From assembly GCF_006345805.1 (NCBI RefSeq), contig NC_043005.1:102176001-102240000 (forward strand): 64,000 nt of DNA. Direction: 5' to 3'. Positions 40,559 through 54,195 of this stretch are shown in pieces; the first letter of the stretch is position 1; every line of letters starts with the position of its first letter. The notes under the pieces were generated by a model. The model was not told the DNA's origin. It saw only the letters and a list, made by a program, of their open reading frames with translations, and did not search any database. This DNA comes from Octopus sinensis. Lineage: Eukaryota. Position numbers and translations under genes: made by a program.

Positions 40559-41559
40559 TATATATGTATGTATATATGTATGTATCTATGCATATATGTA
40601 TGTATGTATTTTATGTATGTATGTATGTATGTATGCATGTATATATGTGTTCTTGTATGCTCGTCTTAGTGAGTATGTAATTAGAATCTTTAACGTCTAG
40701 CTCTAGCTAAACACATCTGCTTTCTCCTGTCTGATTCCCATTAGGCAGTATATCCATACTGAGTGCAGCAATCTCTGTCAGCTGCTCACTATTGCCTGAG
40801 ATTGTACTACAATGTAATCATAGCAGAACAACCGTTTAGATAGTGAAAGATATGTCAAACATCTGCTTTATCCTCCGCCTTGGCAAAACTTTTCTAATAT
40901 TTCAAGTGAAAACTTCTTTCACGCTGATTCCAGTGCTTAGCACTTAATTCTCTAATACTTATAAGAAAATGTTGTTTTTGTTATCGGAATGGTGGAACAA
41001 AACAGAAAAACATCTCCTTGATCTATAAATAAATAAACGTCTGTGTTTCTTTCTATATAAACGTAAATACGCACATACACACACTCTAACACATATACTC
41101 TACAAAAATATAGAGTAACCCACCAAATTAACGTAAAATTGTTTTATAACACAACATAGAATAAAGATTTCACACATACACACACACACACAGAGTTTTA
41201 TATATATCTGTGTGTGTGAGTGTGTATAATATGTATCATTCCGTAGTCCAATGTAGTCCACCCAAACAAAATGTCACGCAACTGTTCTTGGAATGTCACT
41301 AACACAGGCATTCTGAAGACATTACATAAGGTAGTAGAACCCAAATATAGAACTAATTAACTAATGAAGAAATTTTATTTATAACAATACACCGTTTATA
41401 ATTCTCATCGACCTCTTATAAACCAAACTTTAGAAATGCTGGAATTCATTATCTTTGTTGAACTTTCGTAACCACCATATATAATGTTCAAAACTATTCT
41501 TTAATTCTTTTACTTGTTCCAATCATTTGAATGCAGCTACGCTGTACTTATTTCTTTTT

Positions 41560-41836
41560 TAAGTCTGATTCTTATTTAATTATTGTCTTTTTCACGAACC
41601 ACTAAGTTATGGGGACTTAAATCACCATTACCATTTGTCAAGCTTTAGTGAGAGATTAACACTAACACGAAAACACAGACACACAAGTATATACATTTAT
41701 ATATACGAAGGACAGCTTTTACTTTCCGTCTAGTTAATCCAATCACAAGGCTTTGGTTGGCCTGGAGCTAGGGTAAAAGGCTCAAGGCTTAACCGAGAGC
41801 AGTTTGATTGGGAAGAACACTTACCACACAGCCACA
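41560..41836 (-). mobile_element. Degraded SINE family C
   Basis: CACGAACCACTAAGTTATGGGGAC..TCACAAGGCTTTGGTTGGCC..CTTACCACACAGCCAC is colinear with the 25837-26237 copy. Confidence 0.7.
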
Positions 41837-42254
41837 TTTTCACTTCATTACTGCTTGTACATATGCATGAAGTTCTCTAGTCATGTGAGCCTACCGTTCT
41901 ATCGGGAACAGTGTATTTTGATATATATTGTGTAAAATGCCCCTTTGTTTTAAAGCAGTGTGCTGATTTTAGGGCCTGGATTGTCTCACGTTTGTTGTTT
42001 CAAATACACAATCATGCCTCGTTCACTTTTCTCATATCATGTGTCCACTTCACCGACCAGACTGTCAGATGCTGTTATACATCGCTCGTCACAATGCGTT
42101 TTTATTTTTAACCTTCCAACGATGTCATCCCGCTGGCTAGGACATACATTTGCCCCGACTGAAGGGGAGGATTTGAGCAACGGTAAAGGAGGTGTTGTGC
42201 TCAAGAACATAAGGCGCCGTCTGGGACTCGAAACCACGATGGCTAGATCGTGGG

Positions 42255-42935
42255 TTCAACAGCAAAATTGAAAGCAATCTGAGCAAAATTAAAGAGGGTT
42301 CATTTTGCGAATGAAAAATACTAGATCTCTCATTCCAACAAGATGATCTATCGTCATGAACCCATGCAAGTTTATATTGATGGAAAGAAATTTGACATCG
42401 AACACACATTAAACCACCAGAGTGACCGACTTTGGAATGTATCTGGTTCCGTCAAGGGTTGTCTCGTAAATCGATGTGTAAATCTACAGTCTGTTATGAT
42501 TTGGGCGTCTGTAGCAGCCACTTGAATGTCACACCTAGTTTTTGTGCCCTCGACTCTTAAAATGAACGACCAGCGATAGATTAGCGACATTCTGGAAGTT
42601 GAACTGCTTCTATGAGCATTTTTAAGGCGTTTCTTGTAGCTTCCAGTAGGACTCGTCACACACAGACTCAACACTGGATTCAGAAAATAACATTGGATTG
42701 TTCATAGACAATGATGTACGGCTCTTAAGAAGCTGTGATCTCAACACGTTGGATTTTTTCTGTTTGGGCCATTTTGGAGAGAAGAGTTTCGAGCACTTCT
42801 TATGCTAAGCTCTGAAAGCAAAACTGCGCTAAGAATGGGATTCCATTCCGCAAGAACAGCTGCGTGCCGTGTATGAAGCATTCGTACATAGACTTAAGAC
42901 TGTGATTTGTAACAGAGGTGGTAATATCGAATGTG
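42255..42935 (+). mobile_element. Tc1/mariner-superfamily transposase relic, maT (DD37D)-like
   Basis: IDGKKFDIEHTLNHQSDR, QSVMIWAS (42487-42510), HLVFVP, DLNTLDF (from 42737) and EWDSIPQEQLRAVYEAFVHRLKTVICNRGGNIE (42833-42931). Stops and frameshifts; TIRs not found. The subfamily is inferred from motif style. Confidence 0.8.
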
Positions 42936-44298
42936 TTGCAATTTTAGACATGTGTGTATGTACACACATACAGACACACATACATATACATACACAGTAG
43001 AATATCATTGGGTTTTCTGTTTTCATTTGGCAAGGTTTAGAGTGAAGTTTGATAGGAATGTCAACTTTTGATTAGTTGGGGATGATATTAATGCACTTAG
43101 TGGCCATGAAGATGGCCGCAGGCGTAGCTAACGAAGCATAACGTCATTCATGGCTGAATGACATTATGCTTCACTATATATTCGCTAGAAAACCAATCAC
43201 TTCTCTTGACACAACTTCTGCAGTGCGACGCTTTTCCTTGTCCAAATGTACACGAATATGCTAATTACATATTCAGATTGAGAGAAAGATAGACAGAGTG
43301 CTAACAAGACAGATGGATTATAGAAATATTTATGTTTTTACACGTTTAAGAACACGAATGAAATATGAAATAATACCGCGCACAGTTGTTTAAATGACAC
43401 ATGAGAAGTAACACAAACACACATATACAGATATAGTATACGCAATGATATAGTAGCGGACACTTGCTGATTTAAACATTTCTGTTCGTATCCTGATAAT
43501 GTGCGTACTCACAGTAATACATACGATGAATACGTATGGATTCATATATCTATAAAGGTAATAACTATGTAGATATAAAGACATGTATATATAGACATGC
43601 ACACGCAGCCACGCACGCACACACACATGTATAAGTAAAATTAACTTATATGATGCATACAAATAATTATATATATATATATATATACATACATACATAT
43701 ATATATATATATGTATATATATATACATATATATATATATGTACGAACACACTTATATATATATATGTATATATATATATATAAACATATATATGAATAT
43801 ATATAGAGAGACATACATATACATACATACGTAGGTACGTATATATGTGTATGTCTGTATCTGTATTGACGTACGAACGTATGTATGCATGTATGTTGCA
43901 CGTAATAATACATGAGAAATACCACATTAATGTGATTTCAATATAACATATGAAAGCATGTACGAAAATATATTAACATCCCCAGGTCCGGGGAACATGG
44001 ACATGTTGCGACAGAAGCCCTTGGGTATTGAGGTTGATATCTTACATTGTAATATCAGATAAAGAAATATATCAAGCAACAGTTATTTCATTATGGCGAA
44101 TGGGTATTTCCTTTTGCGCTGGCTCTCATCTAATATAACGTTCTAAAGAGAAATATAGAGCGACACACAATTTCCTCCAGCGCATGTATGTATGCATGAA
44201 TGTATGCATGTATGCATGTATGTATGAATGTATGTGTGTATGTGTATGTATATATGTATGCGTGCATGTATGTTTATATATATACACATAAATATAGC

Positions 44299-44344
<46 letters not shown>

Positions 44345-44666
44345 ATACACATATATGCATATATTCCTATGTATGCAAGTATGTATGAATGTATATATAT
44401 ATATGTGTGTGAATATATATATATATATATATGTATGTATTCATGTACATTGATGTGAATGCGAAATCACGAGTGAATGGCAAGTATAATGTGCCAATAT
44501 TTAATTATACAGATGCAATATAGATGTAAAACCTTTTCTTATAGAGCTAAAATATATAGATTTTAATATATATGTATATATATACATACACACACACACA
44601 CACCACACAAACACATATATATATATATATATAATATATATATATATTAATTTATTATATAGAAGG

Positions 44667-44716
44667 AGCTTCTACAGGACTAGTACTGTTTCATTCAGAG
44701 AAATCTTCAGGAAGCT
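44667..44716 (-). ncRNA. Hammerhead-like motif in left arm
   Basis: Reverse complement AGCTTC-CTGAAGA-TTTCTCTGAAT-GAAA-CAGTACTAGTCCTG-TA-GAAGCT. Confidence 0.55.
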
Positions 44717-45073
44717 ATTTAACAAGAATTGTATTAGCATTTATACATTTAGGCAGGTTTAAAGAGTGGTGGTGGGGGACTTTTTGGGGGTAGGCATAGC
44801 GCAAAATATCATACTTGGGGGAGTGGTCAAGGAGTCAGTGGTAAGTTAGATGAAAGAATAGATAAATAAAAAAATAAAAAAAATAAAATAAAAAAATAAA
44901 AAAATAAAAAATAAAAAATAAAAAATAGAAAAATAAAAAAAATAAAATAAAATGTGTGCACATACATACATAAACACATATACATACACACACACATACG
45001 TACACATGTGTGCCTATACATACCTACACATACACACATACACATACATACACATATATATATATATATACAT

Positions 45074-45123
<50 letters not shown>

Positions 45124-45612
45124 CACAATCCAATACAGGCCCATTCCCTAATTTTAATTTTATTATCTTCATTTATTACTTTTGTTATCTTTGATCGCTA
45201 GAGCTAAGGATCCTGGCGATGGCAGCATGTCCAAATTGTCTGTCTACTAGAAGGCAAGTACTCGTTCCCACACGCACACTCATTAGCACGTACATACACC
45301 CATTCGTACACTCATACACATACACGTACGCACGCGTTATATTCATACATACAAACATCTACATACGTTCACGTATATACACATACGTACTCGTACCTAC
45401 AGATTCATGTCTACACTTTAGGAGGCTAGTCTATATATATACACCAATAAATATACATATATATATATATATACATACATATATATACACATATACACAT
45501 ACACACACACACACACATATATATACTCCTACATACAGATACATACCTATATATATATATATATATACACACACATACATGTACATATATATATATATAT
45601 ACATATACATAC

Positions 45613-45647
<35 letters not shown>

Positions 45648-45879
45648 CATACATACATACACACACACCCATATATATACACACACATACATACACATAT
45701 ATATACATACACAAACATATATACACACATATATATATATATATACATATATACACACATACATACACACAACTACATACATATACACACAAACACATAC
45801 ATACGTAAACATACATACATACCTCCATACATCCATACTTACATGCACTTATACGCATACACACACCCCCATCTATATA

Positions 45880-45921
<42 letters not shown>

Positions 45922-46376
45922 CACACTCACACATACATATACAAATATACGCCCACACATACATACATACATACACGTATACGCATACACGCACATACAC
46001 ATATACATGCATACATACATATATGCATACATACACACACGCGCACTCATATATACATATACATACACACATACACATATATACATATACATATATATAC
46101 ATTATATAGATATATATAACATAGATATATATATATTACACATATACATACACACACATACAAATACATATACACATACATATATATACACATATACACA
46201 TACACATACATGCACACATACACACACATACACGTACACCTACATACTATATATAATATATATATATACACATATATACACACACATACACATATACACA
46301 TACATATATACACACATACATACATATACATACACACACACACATACATATATACACGGATACACGTACCATACAG

Positions 46377-46409
<33 letters not shown>

Positions 46410-46568
46410 TATACACATGCATATACTTATATCTCTACATACTCACATATAAACATATATATATATATACACACACACATATATATACATGTACACACAC
46501 ATACACATATACATACATATATACACATACACACATACATATATATATACATATACATATACATATAC

Positions 46569-46601
<33 letters not shown>

Positions 46602-46628
46602 CACATACATATACCCCCACATATATAC

Positions 46629-46669
<41 letters not shown>

Positions 46670-46851
46670 TACATATACACATATACATGTATACATACGC
46701 AATAATGATACACATATATACACATACACACACACAGACAGATGCATATACATACATATATATATAAAAAATTACATATCTATATAAATACATACATAAT
46801 ACACATATACACACACATATATATATATACATACATATACATACACATATA

Positions 46852-46885
<34 letters not shown>

Positions 46886-47086
46886 CATATATATACACAT
46901 ATACATACACATGCACATACATATACAAATATACATACACATGCATACACACACACGCGCGCACATACATATACACACACACATATACAAATACATACAT
47001 ACACACATACACACACACACATATATATACATACATGTACACATACACACATACACACACATATATATATATATATACACACACAC

Positions 47087-47145
<59 letters not shown>

Positions 47146-47568
47146 CATATATGTGTGTGTATATGTATGTGTGGGTGTATATATATATATATATGTGTGT
47201 GTATGTGTGTATGTGACATGTATGTATATATATGTGTGGTGTGTGTATGTGTGTATGTATGTATTTGTATATGGTGTGTGTATATTATGTGCGCGCGTTT
47301 GGGTGTGTATGCATTGTGATGTATATTTGTATATGTATGTATGTGCACACATTTTATTTTATTTTTTTATTTTTCTATTTTTATTTTTTATTTTTTATTT
47401 TTTATTTTTTTATTTTTTTATTTATCTATTCTTCCATCTAACTACCACTGACTCCTTGACCACTCCCCCAAGTATGATATTTTGCGCTATGCCTACCCCC
47501 AAAAAAGTCCCCCACCACCACTCCTTAAAACTGCCAATGTATAAATGCTAATACAATTCTTGTTAAAT

Positions 47569-47619
47569 AGCTTCCTGAAGATTTCTCTTGAATGAAACAG
47601 TACTAGTCCTGTAGAAGCT
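47569..47619 (+). ncRNA. Hammerhead-like motif in right arm
   Basis: Stem I AGCTTC/GAAGCT; core CTGAAGA; stem II TTC/GAA above a T.T pair; GAAA; stem III ACAG/CTGT with an ACTAGT palindrome in the loop; GUA site at 47613. Confidence 0.6.
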
Positions 47620-47702
47620 CCTTCTATATAATAAATTAATTTTACTCTGCTATATTGAGTACCTTACTTACTGTGGTTACCCCGGATCAACCCGGGACCT
47701 AC

Positions 47703-47754
<52 letters not shown>

Positions 47755-47967
47755 AATATATACGCATATATATATACATGTATATATATATAAATGCCCT
47801 AATATCTACACAGCCTCGGTTTATCATATTACGCAAAAAAATTCTTATATATATATATATATATATAATATATATTATATATATATGTATATATATATTT
47901 ATACATTTATATATATGGATATATCTATCTATCAATCAATCTATCTATCTATCTATCTCCCTCTCTC

Positions 47968-48030
<63 letters not shown>

Positions 48031-48104
48031 CAGTCTTGCATGCACACGCACACACACATTTCTATCTATACAATTACATACATGTTTACGCATATACGTA
48101 TATG

Positions 48105-48148
<44 letters not shown>

Positions 48149-49077
48149 TACATATATGCATTTATACACACGTATATGTGTAACAAATGACGACTATAAA
48201 CTGACTTTGATTCAAAAACCACTGAAGTGTTTACACCCACACACGCACGCACACACACACACACACACATGCACACATACACACATGCATTCATGCGTGT
48301 TCAGTTTCCTTGCCAACCTAATCTTCTGTCCTCCATTTGTTGTTATCTCCCGTGATGATATGATGACACTTCAGAAATTTCTTACATACTATCCTCACAA
48401 AAATGAAGTACCTCTGATTCATTTATTACCTATTTTGAGATATACTCATCGTTGTTTATCCAGTCTTCTGTCACTTCTATATTTATATCTCACATTCTGC
48501 ATCAACTGCATTATCTGCAGTGTGTGTCACGCTACCATTATTGCTGATCAAGAGTTTTTTTCTAAATTTATTATCAACTGTCACCATTTGCGTGAGCTGA
48601 CAACATAAGAAGTTCAAAATTCGTAGTTACCTTTGCAGTATTTACTTGGTGACTCTATCCATTTTGATACAATCATCACTTCAACTCTTTACCATTCACT
48701 GCGATTAGCAACGACAAATACTTCACGCGAAACCACTTATGAGGACGTAGCGATGATTCTTTCACAAACCAATAATGAACTTTTTATAGCAACAACAGAT
48801 TATATTCAATAATCTTCATGAAGATTCTGCGCTTCAGTAATTTATGTCCTGCAAATGAGTTGATAGTGATTTATAAAGTAGAAGCATCATATTTAGGTTG
48901 CATGGATCCCCTTTATTGCAACTGCAATGGAATTGGATCTTCATACTGTCACTAGCGATCGGGATTGTATTGTTGGTATTCGACACGTTGAATCAAATTT
49001 TGTTTCATTTAACTTTGTATTTAATTTTTTATATTGCGTCTAACTAATAATATATTATATATATATATATATAATAT

Positions 49078-49154
<77 letters not shown>

Positions 49155-49384
49155 GTGTATATGTATATATATATATATATTATATATATATATATATACA
49201 TATATACATATCTATATATATAGTATGTATATATATATGTGTGCATATATAAATAATCTCTTATTCCTTTACTTCAGTTTCAGTCACTGGAGCAGAAACG
49301 TATATATATATCTATCTATCTATCTATCTATATATATATATATATATATATATCAAAATAAGCAACAACGATAGCCAGTGGTAA

Positions 49385-49470
49385 TGCAGTACGATCGTTT
49401 CATGCAACTCCATTTAATTTTACAATGTAATCATTACATCAAATTAAATGCAGAGCAATCCTCAGTTGCA
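49385..49470 (-). ncRNA. Type I hammerhead candidate, left arm
   Basis: Reverse complement TGCAA-CTGAGGA-TTGC...GCAT-GAAA-CGATCG-TA-CTGCA. Confidence 0.65.
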
Positions 49471-50384
49471 CAAAGACAAGGTACTTATTTAAATTTTTCC
49501 TCGTCACTTTTTTTTATGTAACCTACGCTTCTTACCCATTTTAGTATCCTGTCTCCTATTGAGGCATACTCTATTATTATTATTTGAAATGTTAGGTTTG
49601 TAGGATTGGATATCATTTGGTATTTTTTCACAAGTAAGTAAGTTAGTAAAATTTCTATTATTCAAACTATCATTATTCTCTCTATTAAATGGTGCCGAAT
49701 TTACAGGACTGAGAAGAGTAATTTCTTGGTCGTATTCCGCTATAGACAAGGCAACTATTTCTGGATAATTTCTTTTCCTTCCACTATTGTGGTAAATGTT
49801 TGGTATATACTCAAAAGTATTCAAACATTTCTATCCTCTTGTTATAATATTCTTCTTAATAATCCCCTGGATAACCTTAAACTTTAAATGTATACAATAT
49901 AGCAACATTGTTTAAAATAAAATTTAACTTTAGTACTACATGACTTCCCTTGTTTCATTATGAATGGTCTGCTAGTGGGCGACCCCCTTAATTGTCCGCT
50001 AACATCTTGTTATATGTTTACGTTTACCAAGCCTCAAATAAACGTATTGCTTCAAATAAACGTTGATCTTTATGACTATACCAACTATGATTTCTGTCTG
50101 TTCCCTCAACCCTACCCCTAACAGACACTGCCTTTTGTTCTCTGAGCCTTAGATACACAAGGATTTGATAAACTAGTCTATAAATTAAAACTGACTCCAC
50201 AAAAACAAAGAATCAGTTACAGGCAGAGTCTGTAACAATGTATATCCTCTTGATAGCTTAGTAGTTTCTATGCTGGTGTGAAGGCAGCCTGTTCTTTGTC
50301 TATCTCCTTAACTTCTTGGAGATTTTAGGTATAATTATACAAATGTGTCCATCTGTTTTAATTTAATTAAGTTCCATGTCTTTG

Positions 50385-50470
50385 TGCAACTGAGGATTGC
50401 TCTGCATTTAAATTGATGTAATGATTGCATTGTAAAATTAAATGGAGCTGCATGAAACGATCGTACTGCA
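50385..50470 (+). ncRNA. Type I hammerhead candidate, right arm
   Basis: Stem I TGCA(A)/(C)TGCA; core CTGAGGA; extended stem II (GCTC/GAGC, CATTTAA/TTAAATG); GAAA; palindromic stem III ACGATCGT; GUA site at 50465. Confidence 0.65.
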
Positions 50471-50820
50471 TTACCTCTGGATATGCTTGTTGCTTATTTT
50501 GATATATATATAATATATATATATTAATCACCTTACTTTGAAATTGTATAGATAGTACTGCACTAAATTCTGGTGCCTCCACTTACGTTCTATATTCATC
50601 TGAATCTATCTATCTACGTATCTATATATCTATCCATATACATATACATACACGCAGGTATACACACACACACACACACACACATGTATATATATATGCA
50701 AGCGTAAATATGTGCTTATTTGCTTGTTAATACGGCAGATAGACACACGCGCATGAACACACACACACACATATACCTGGAGAGAAAGGGATAGAAAGTG
50801 AGAGAGGGAAAAAGAAAGAA

Positions 50821-50851
<31 letters not shown>

Positions 50852-51691
50852 AAGAAAAACTGAAGTGGAGAGAAGGTGAACAATGCCAGAGGAGCCTACT
50901 GTCACATATTCACATCAATACACATGTGACGCTTCGTATGTGCATGCAGATCTTTGCTTTTGTAAGGAACACCATTTGTAGTATGTATATACACGGTCAC
51001 ACAACACACTTGTTTCTACGCCTGCGGTGGTCAATTTATTTCTCACCCACCTTGCCTCTTACTTCTCTGGCTTCCTAAAGATTTCAATACAGTCCACTGT
51101 ACTCTTATACAACACCTACTTACACCACTTGCGGGTATTACTCTCAATTACCTAACAGTTTTTATCATCACTAAAGCTGCTGCCAGCTGATTTTCACAGC
51201 TTAAGTGTCCATTCGTTGTTTCGCTCTCTGATTTATATCCCACAGCATCCAGCTTCGTAATTCTATTTCCATGTACATAACCATAAAACAGATACACCTT
51301 CACAAACACATGCATTTGCACGCGTAAACACATTATCACACTCACACACACACACGCGTGGGCGCTTCAGCAGAGTCACAGAGAGATAAGCACGTATACA
51401 TACACATAAACATATACATAGACACACATATACATAAGTATCTACTCTCACAGTTTCTCTTGCGATATTTTAATTACAATACGCTATGCGCTCTTGTATT
51501 AACAGCAAGTAATGGACGCCATATTTTGAAATCTTTCATAAACTGTTATGGGTACTGCTTCTGCTTGTTTCTTTCTTTCTCCTTCCCCTTCTCATTCTTT
51601 CTTTCGCTCTTTCTCTCACTTTTTGTATGCATGTGTGTGTGAGTGTGTGTATGTGTGTTTGTGTATGCGTATATATGAATATACATACATA

Positions 51692-52061
51692 CAGTGGGGG
51701 AAATAAATATTCGTACATGTCAAAATTCATTATGTATTTCATTTCTAATGAACATAAATGGGATATACCAATACTATATTCACATACACATGCATAAACT
51801 AAGAATATATGCAAAAGAAACTCATAAATTATAGTAACTAAGGAATTTATATACAATTATAAATGTTTAGGGCTGAAAGTGTATTCGTACAGAATAAATT
51901 TATGATTTTCTATGCCACAAAATATTGTTAAAATAATTTGCATATTCTTAGTTTATGCATGTGTATGCATAAATAGTATTGGTATATCCCATTTATGTTC
52001 ATTATAAATTAAATAAATAAAGAATTTTGACATGTACGAATATTTATCCTTCCCCCACCTG
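51692..52061. mobile_element. Tc1-type MITE with ~135-bp TIRs and TA target duplication
   Basis: TA|CAGTGGGGGAAATAAATATTCGTACATGTCAAAATTC ... GAATTTTGACATGTACGAATATTTATCCTTCCCCCACCTG|TA. Confidence 0.85.
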
Positions 52062-52362
52062 TATACTGTGTAGAATATTATGTTGTATTGAAGTTGTTGG
52101 TTTCGATTCACAGCACACCGTATAGTAAATATGTATAGAAGCGTAAGCTAAAATTTTTACTAAGTATATTTATCTTAACTATGCACACAAACGATTGCTA
52201 TCGGCAGCTTCAAGCTAAGCAAGAACTCTGCATAGCTTTGTCTCTGTGCACTTTTGTTGCTTTCATTCTTTTGAATTATGCCTTATTAGTTATATAAACA
52301 AAAGTATGCAGTGTCACCCACAATATTAGATTTCAATATTCTATCGGTATATTTTAAAGTTT

Positions 52363-52780
52363 GGCGGTGAGCTGGCTGAATCGTTAGCACGCCGGGCGAA
52401 ATGCTTAGCGGTATTTCGTCTGCCGTTACGTTCAGAGTTCAAATTCCGCCGAGATCGACTTTGCCTTTCATCCTTTCGGGGTCGATAAAATAAGCACCAG
52501 TTACGTACTAGGGTCGATATAATCAACTTAATCCGTTTCTCTATCCTTGCTTGTCCCCTCTGTGTTTAGCCCCTTGTGGGTAGTAAAGAAATGGGTATTT
52601 CGTCTGTCGTTACGTTCAGAGTTCAAATTCCGCCGAGATCGACTTTGTCTTTCATCCTTTCGGGGTCGATAAAATAAGCACCAGTTACGCACCGGGGTCG
52701 ATATAATCAACTTAATCCTCCGTTTGTCTGTCCTTGCTTGTCCCCTCTGTGTTTAGCCCCTTGTGGGTAGTAAAGAAATG
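52363..52780 (+). mobile_element. SINE family A head-to-tail dimer with 17-bp TSD
   Basis: One head and two bodies (periods 184 and 187 bp) joined at GGTATT (52594-52599). TSD GGTATATTTT(A/G)AAGTTT at 52346-52362 and 52781-52797. Confidence 0.95.
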
Positions 52781-54152
52781 GGTATATTTTGAAGTTTAAT
52801 GAGAAAATTTTGTCTCCTTTCGTTGTAGTTGTAATAGGCTACTCTACAACTAATGACCTTTGAATGTCAAGTTGTGACTGAATATTTCCTTACGTGTGTT
52901 TGAAGGAGGATGAATTCGGTTAACATAGAATTTCTAATGCTTTAGTGGTTTCACTTCCCTATTTTGTGCCGGATATCTCGACTTACACTCAAACATGTAT
53001 TTTATAGTGTATCCTTGTCGATATACCATGATTTTTATAAACAGTAATATTTCCAATACTCTCTGATATTGTTTACATTTCGGGTAAATGATTTTTTTCC
53101 AATCTCTAAACTTATATTTAAACCCACGAGCTTCGAGGAGACTTTAGCCGTGAAGAGTATCCAACCCGCACATGAAAAGGGATTTGTAGAATGTCAAATT
53201 CAGCTTCTGGTCCCTCATAGAAAATGTAATCATTAACCAGCCGCTGAGCTCAAAGTAGGTTTAGGACAATTAGGAAATATGGTTAAAGAAATATGCACTT
53301 GTACCGAGATCAACTCCGCTGGCCACATTGAGCAGACTGAAATTGCCATATCGATTTTTAAACAATTATTTTCTGTGAGTCTCGAATACCTTTCAGTTAA
53401 CTTTCAAGTGATCAAATTCCCAGAAAGGATAATCGTACGTTGTGTGGGGTTTTGTTGCTGGTCGGAAATGACATTTTCGCATTAATTACTGAGAACTCAG
53501 TGATTTTATTTCTTTGTGAGAGGAATTATTCTGATATGTATGAGTTCTGTGTTGTCCGTGACGCGTTATTATGTAGTGTATTAAAACTCCTTGTCTAGCG
53601 TTATTTAGCACTCGTGTTTACCTTCTCTTTAGCCGTTAGCCCGAAGATTTAATAAATCGTGGTCATCCCTATATTCATACTAGTTTAAGGACGCCAAGGA
53701 AGATGATGTTAACCCAAATGCCAATTTCTTCGAGGTATTATTTTTCACATTTGTCAGATTTTTCAAAACATTTAAGATTTCAAGTAATATTTGGAAGTGA
53801 GTAGACTTCCAGACACTTCTAAATATCCTGTGTTATGCACAGGATCAGTAATTCACATATCGTGTGGGAATGAAGACGGATCATCATCAACATTGTCATC
53901 ATGATCACCATCCAGCAGATAAACTCAACAACCAAACAGAGACTTTCACAGTAGGAAGATGAAGAGCTTCTACGTGTAAACACAGGTTTTCCGCAAGTTT
54001 AAAATTTAATTTGAAAAGCAGTCTAAAACTTTTTGTGAGTCTATGTGCCTCAATGTTTATGATTTCGCATACATACGTGGAGATTATGAATTCACACATT
54101 AGCTTTCTATTGCTATATTGATAACACCAGTATATATATATATATAATATAT

Positions 54153-54195
<43 letters not shown>

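Larger units (their letters stand above)
44646..47640. repeat. ~325-bp inverted arms (44646-44972 / 47332-47640) around a CA/TA microsatellite sea; probable inverted PLE terminal repeats
   Basis: The arms are reverse complements with few mismatches, and each carries a hammerhead-like motif near its outer end. Confidence 0.85.
49353..50502. mobile_element. 1.15-kb element in (TA)n with ~140-bp inverted arms, each carrying a hammerhead motif
   Basis: TCAAAATAAGCAAC..GTAATGCAGTACGATCGTTTCATGC..CTCAGTTGCACAAAGACA (49353-49480) is the reverse complement of 50376-50502. Confidence 0.85.

Noticed and set aside
43390-48190. Many long ORFs rich in I/Y/H/T/C/V (up to 301 aa), and similar ones at 1.5, 3.6, 18.3, 27.1, 31.5, 49.1 and 55.7 kb
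   Set aside because: They are translations of (TA)n, (CA)n and (CATA)n microsatellites, which lack stop codons in some frames.
48036-49000. 190-aa ORF and a possible minus-strand pogo/Tigger relic
   Set aside because: The first part of the ORF is microsatellite, and the transposase resemblance rests on an acidic C-terminal-like fragment only.
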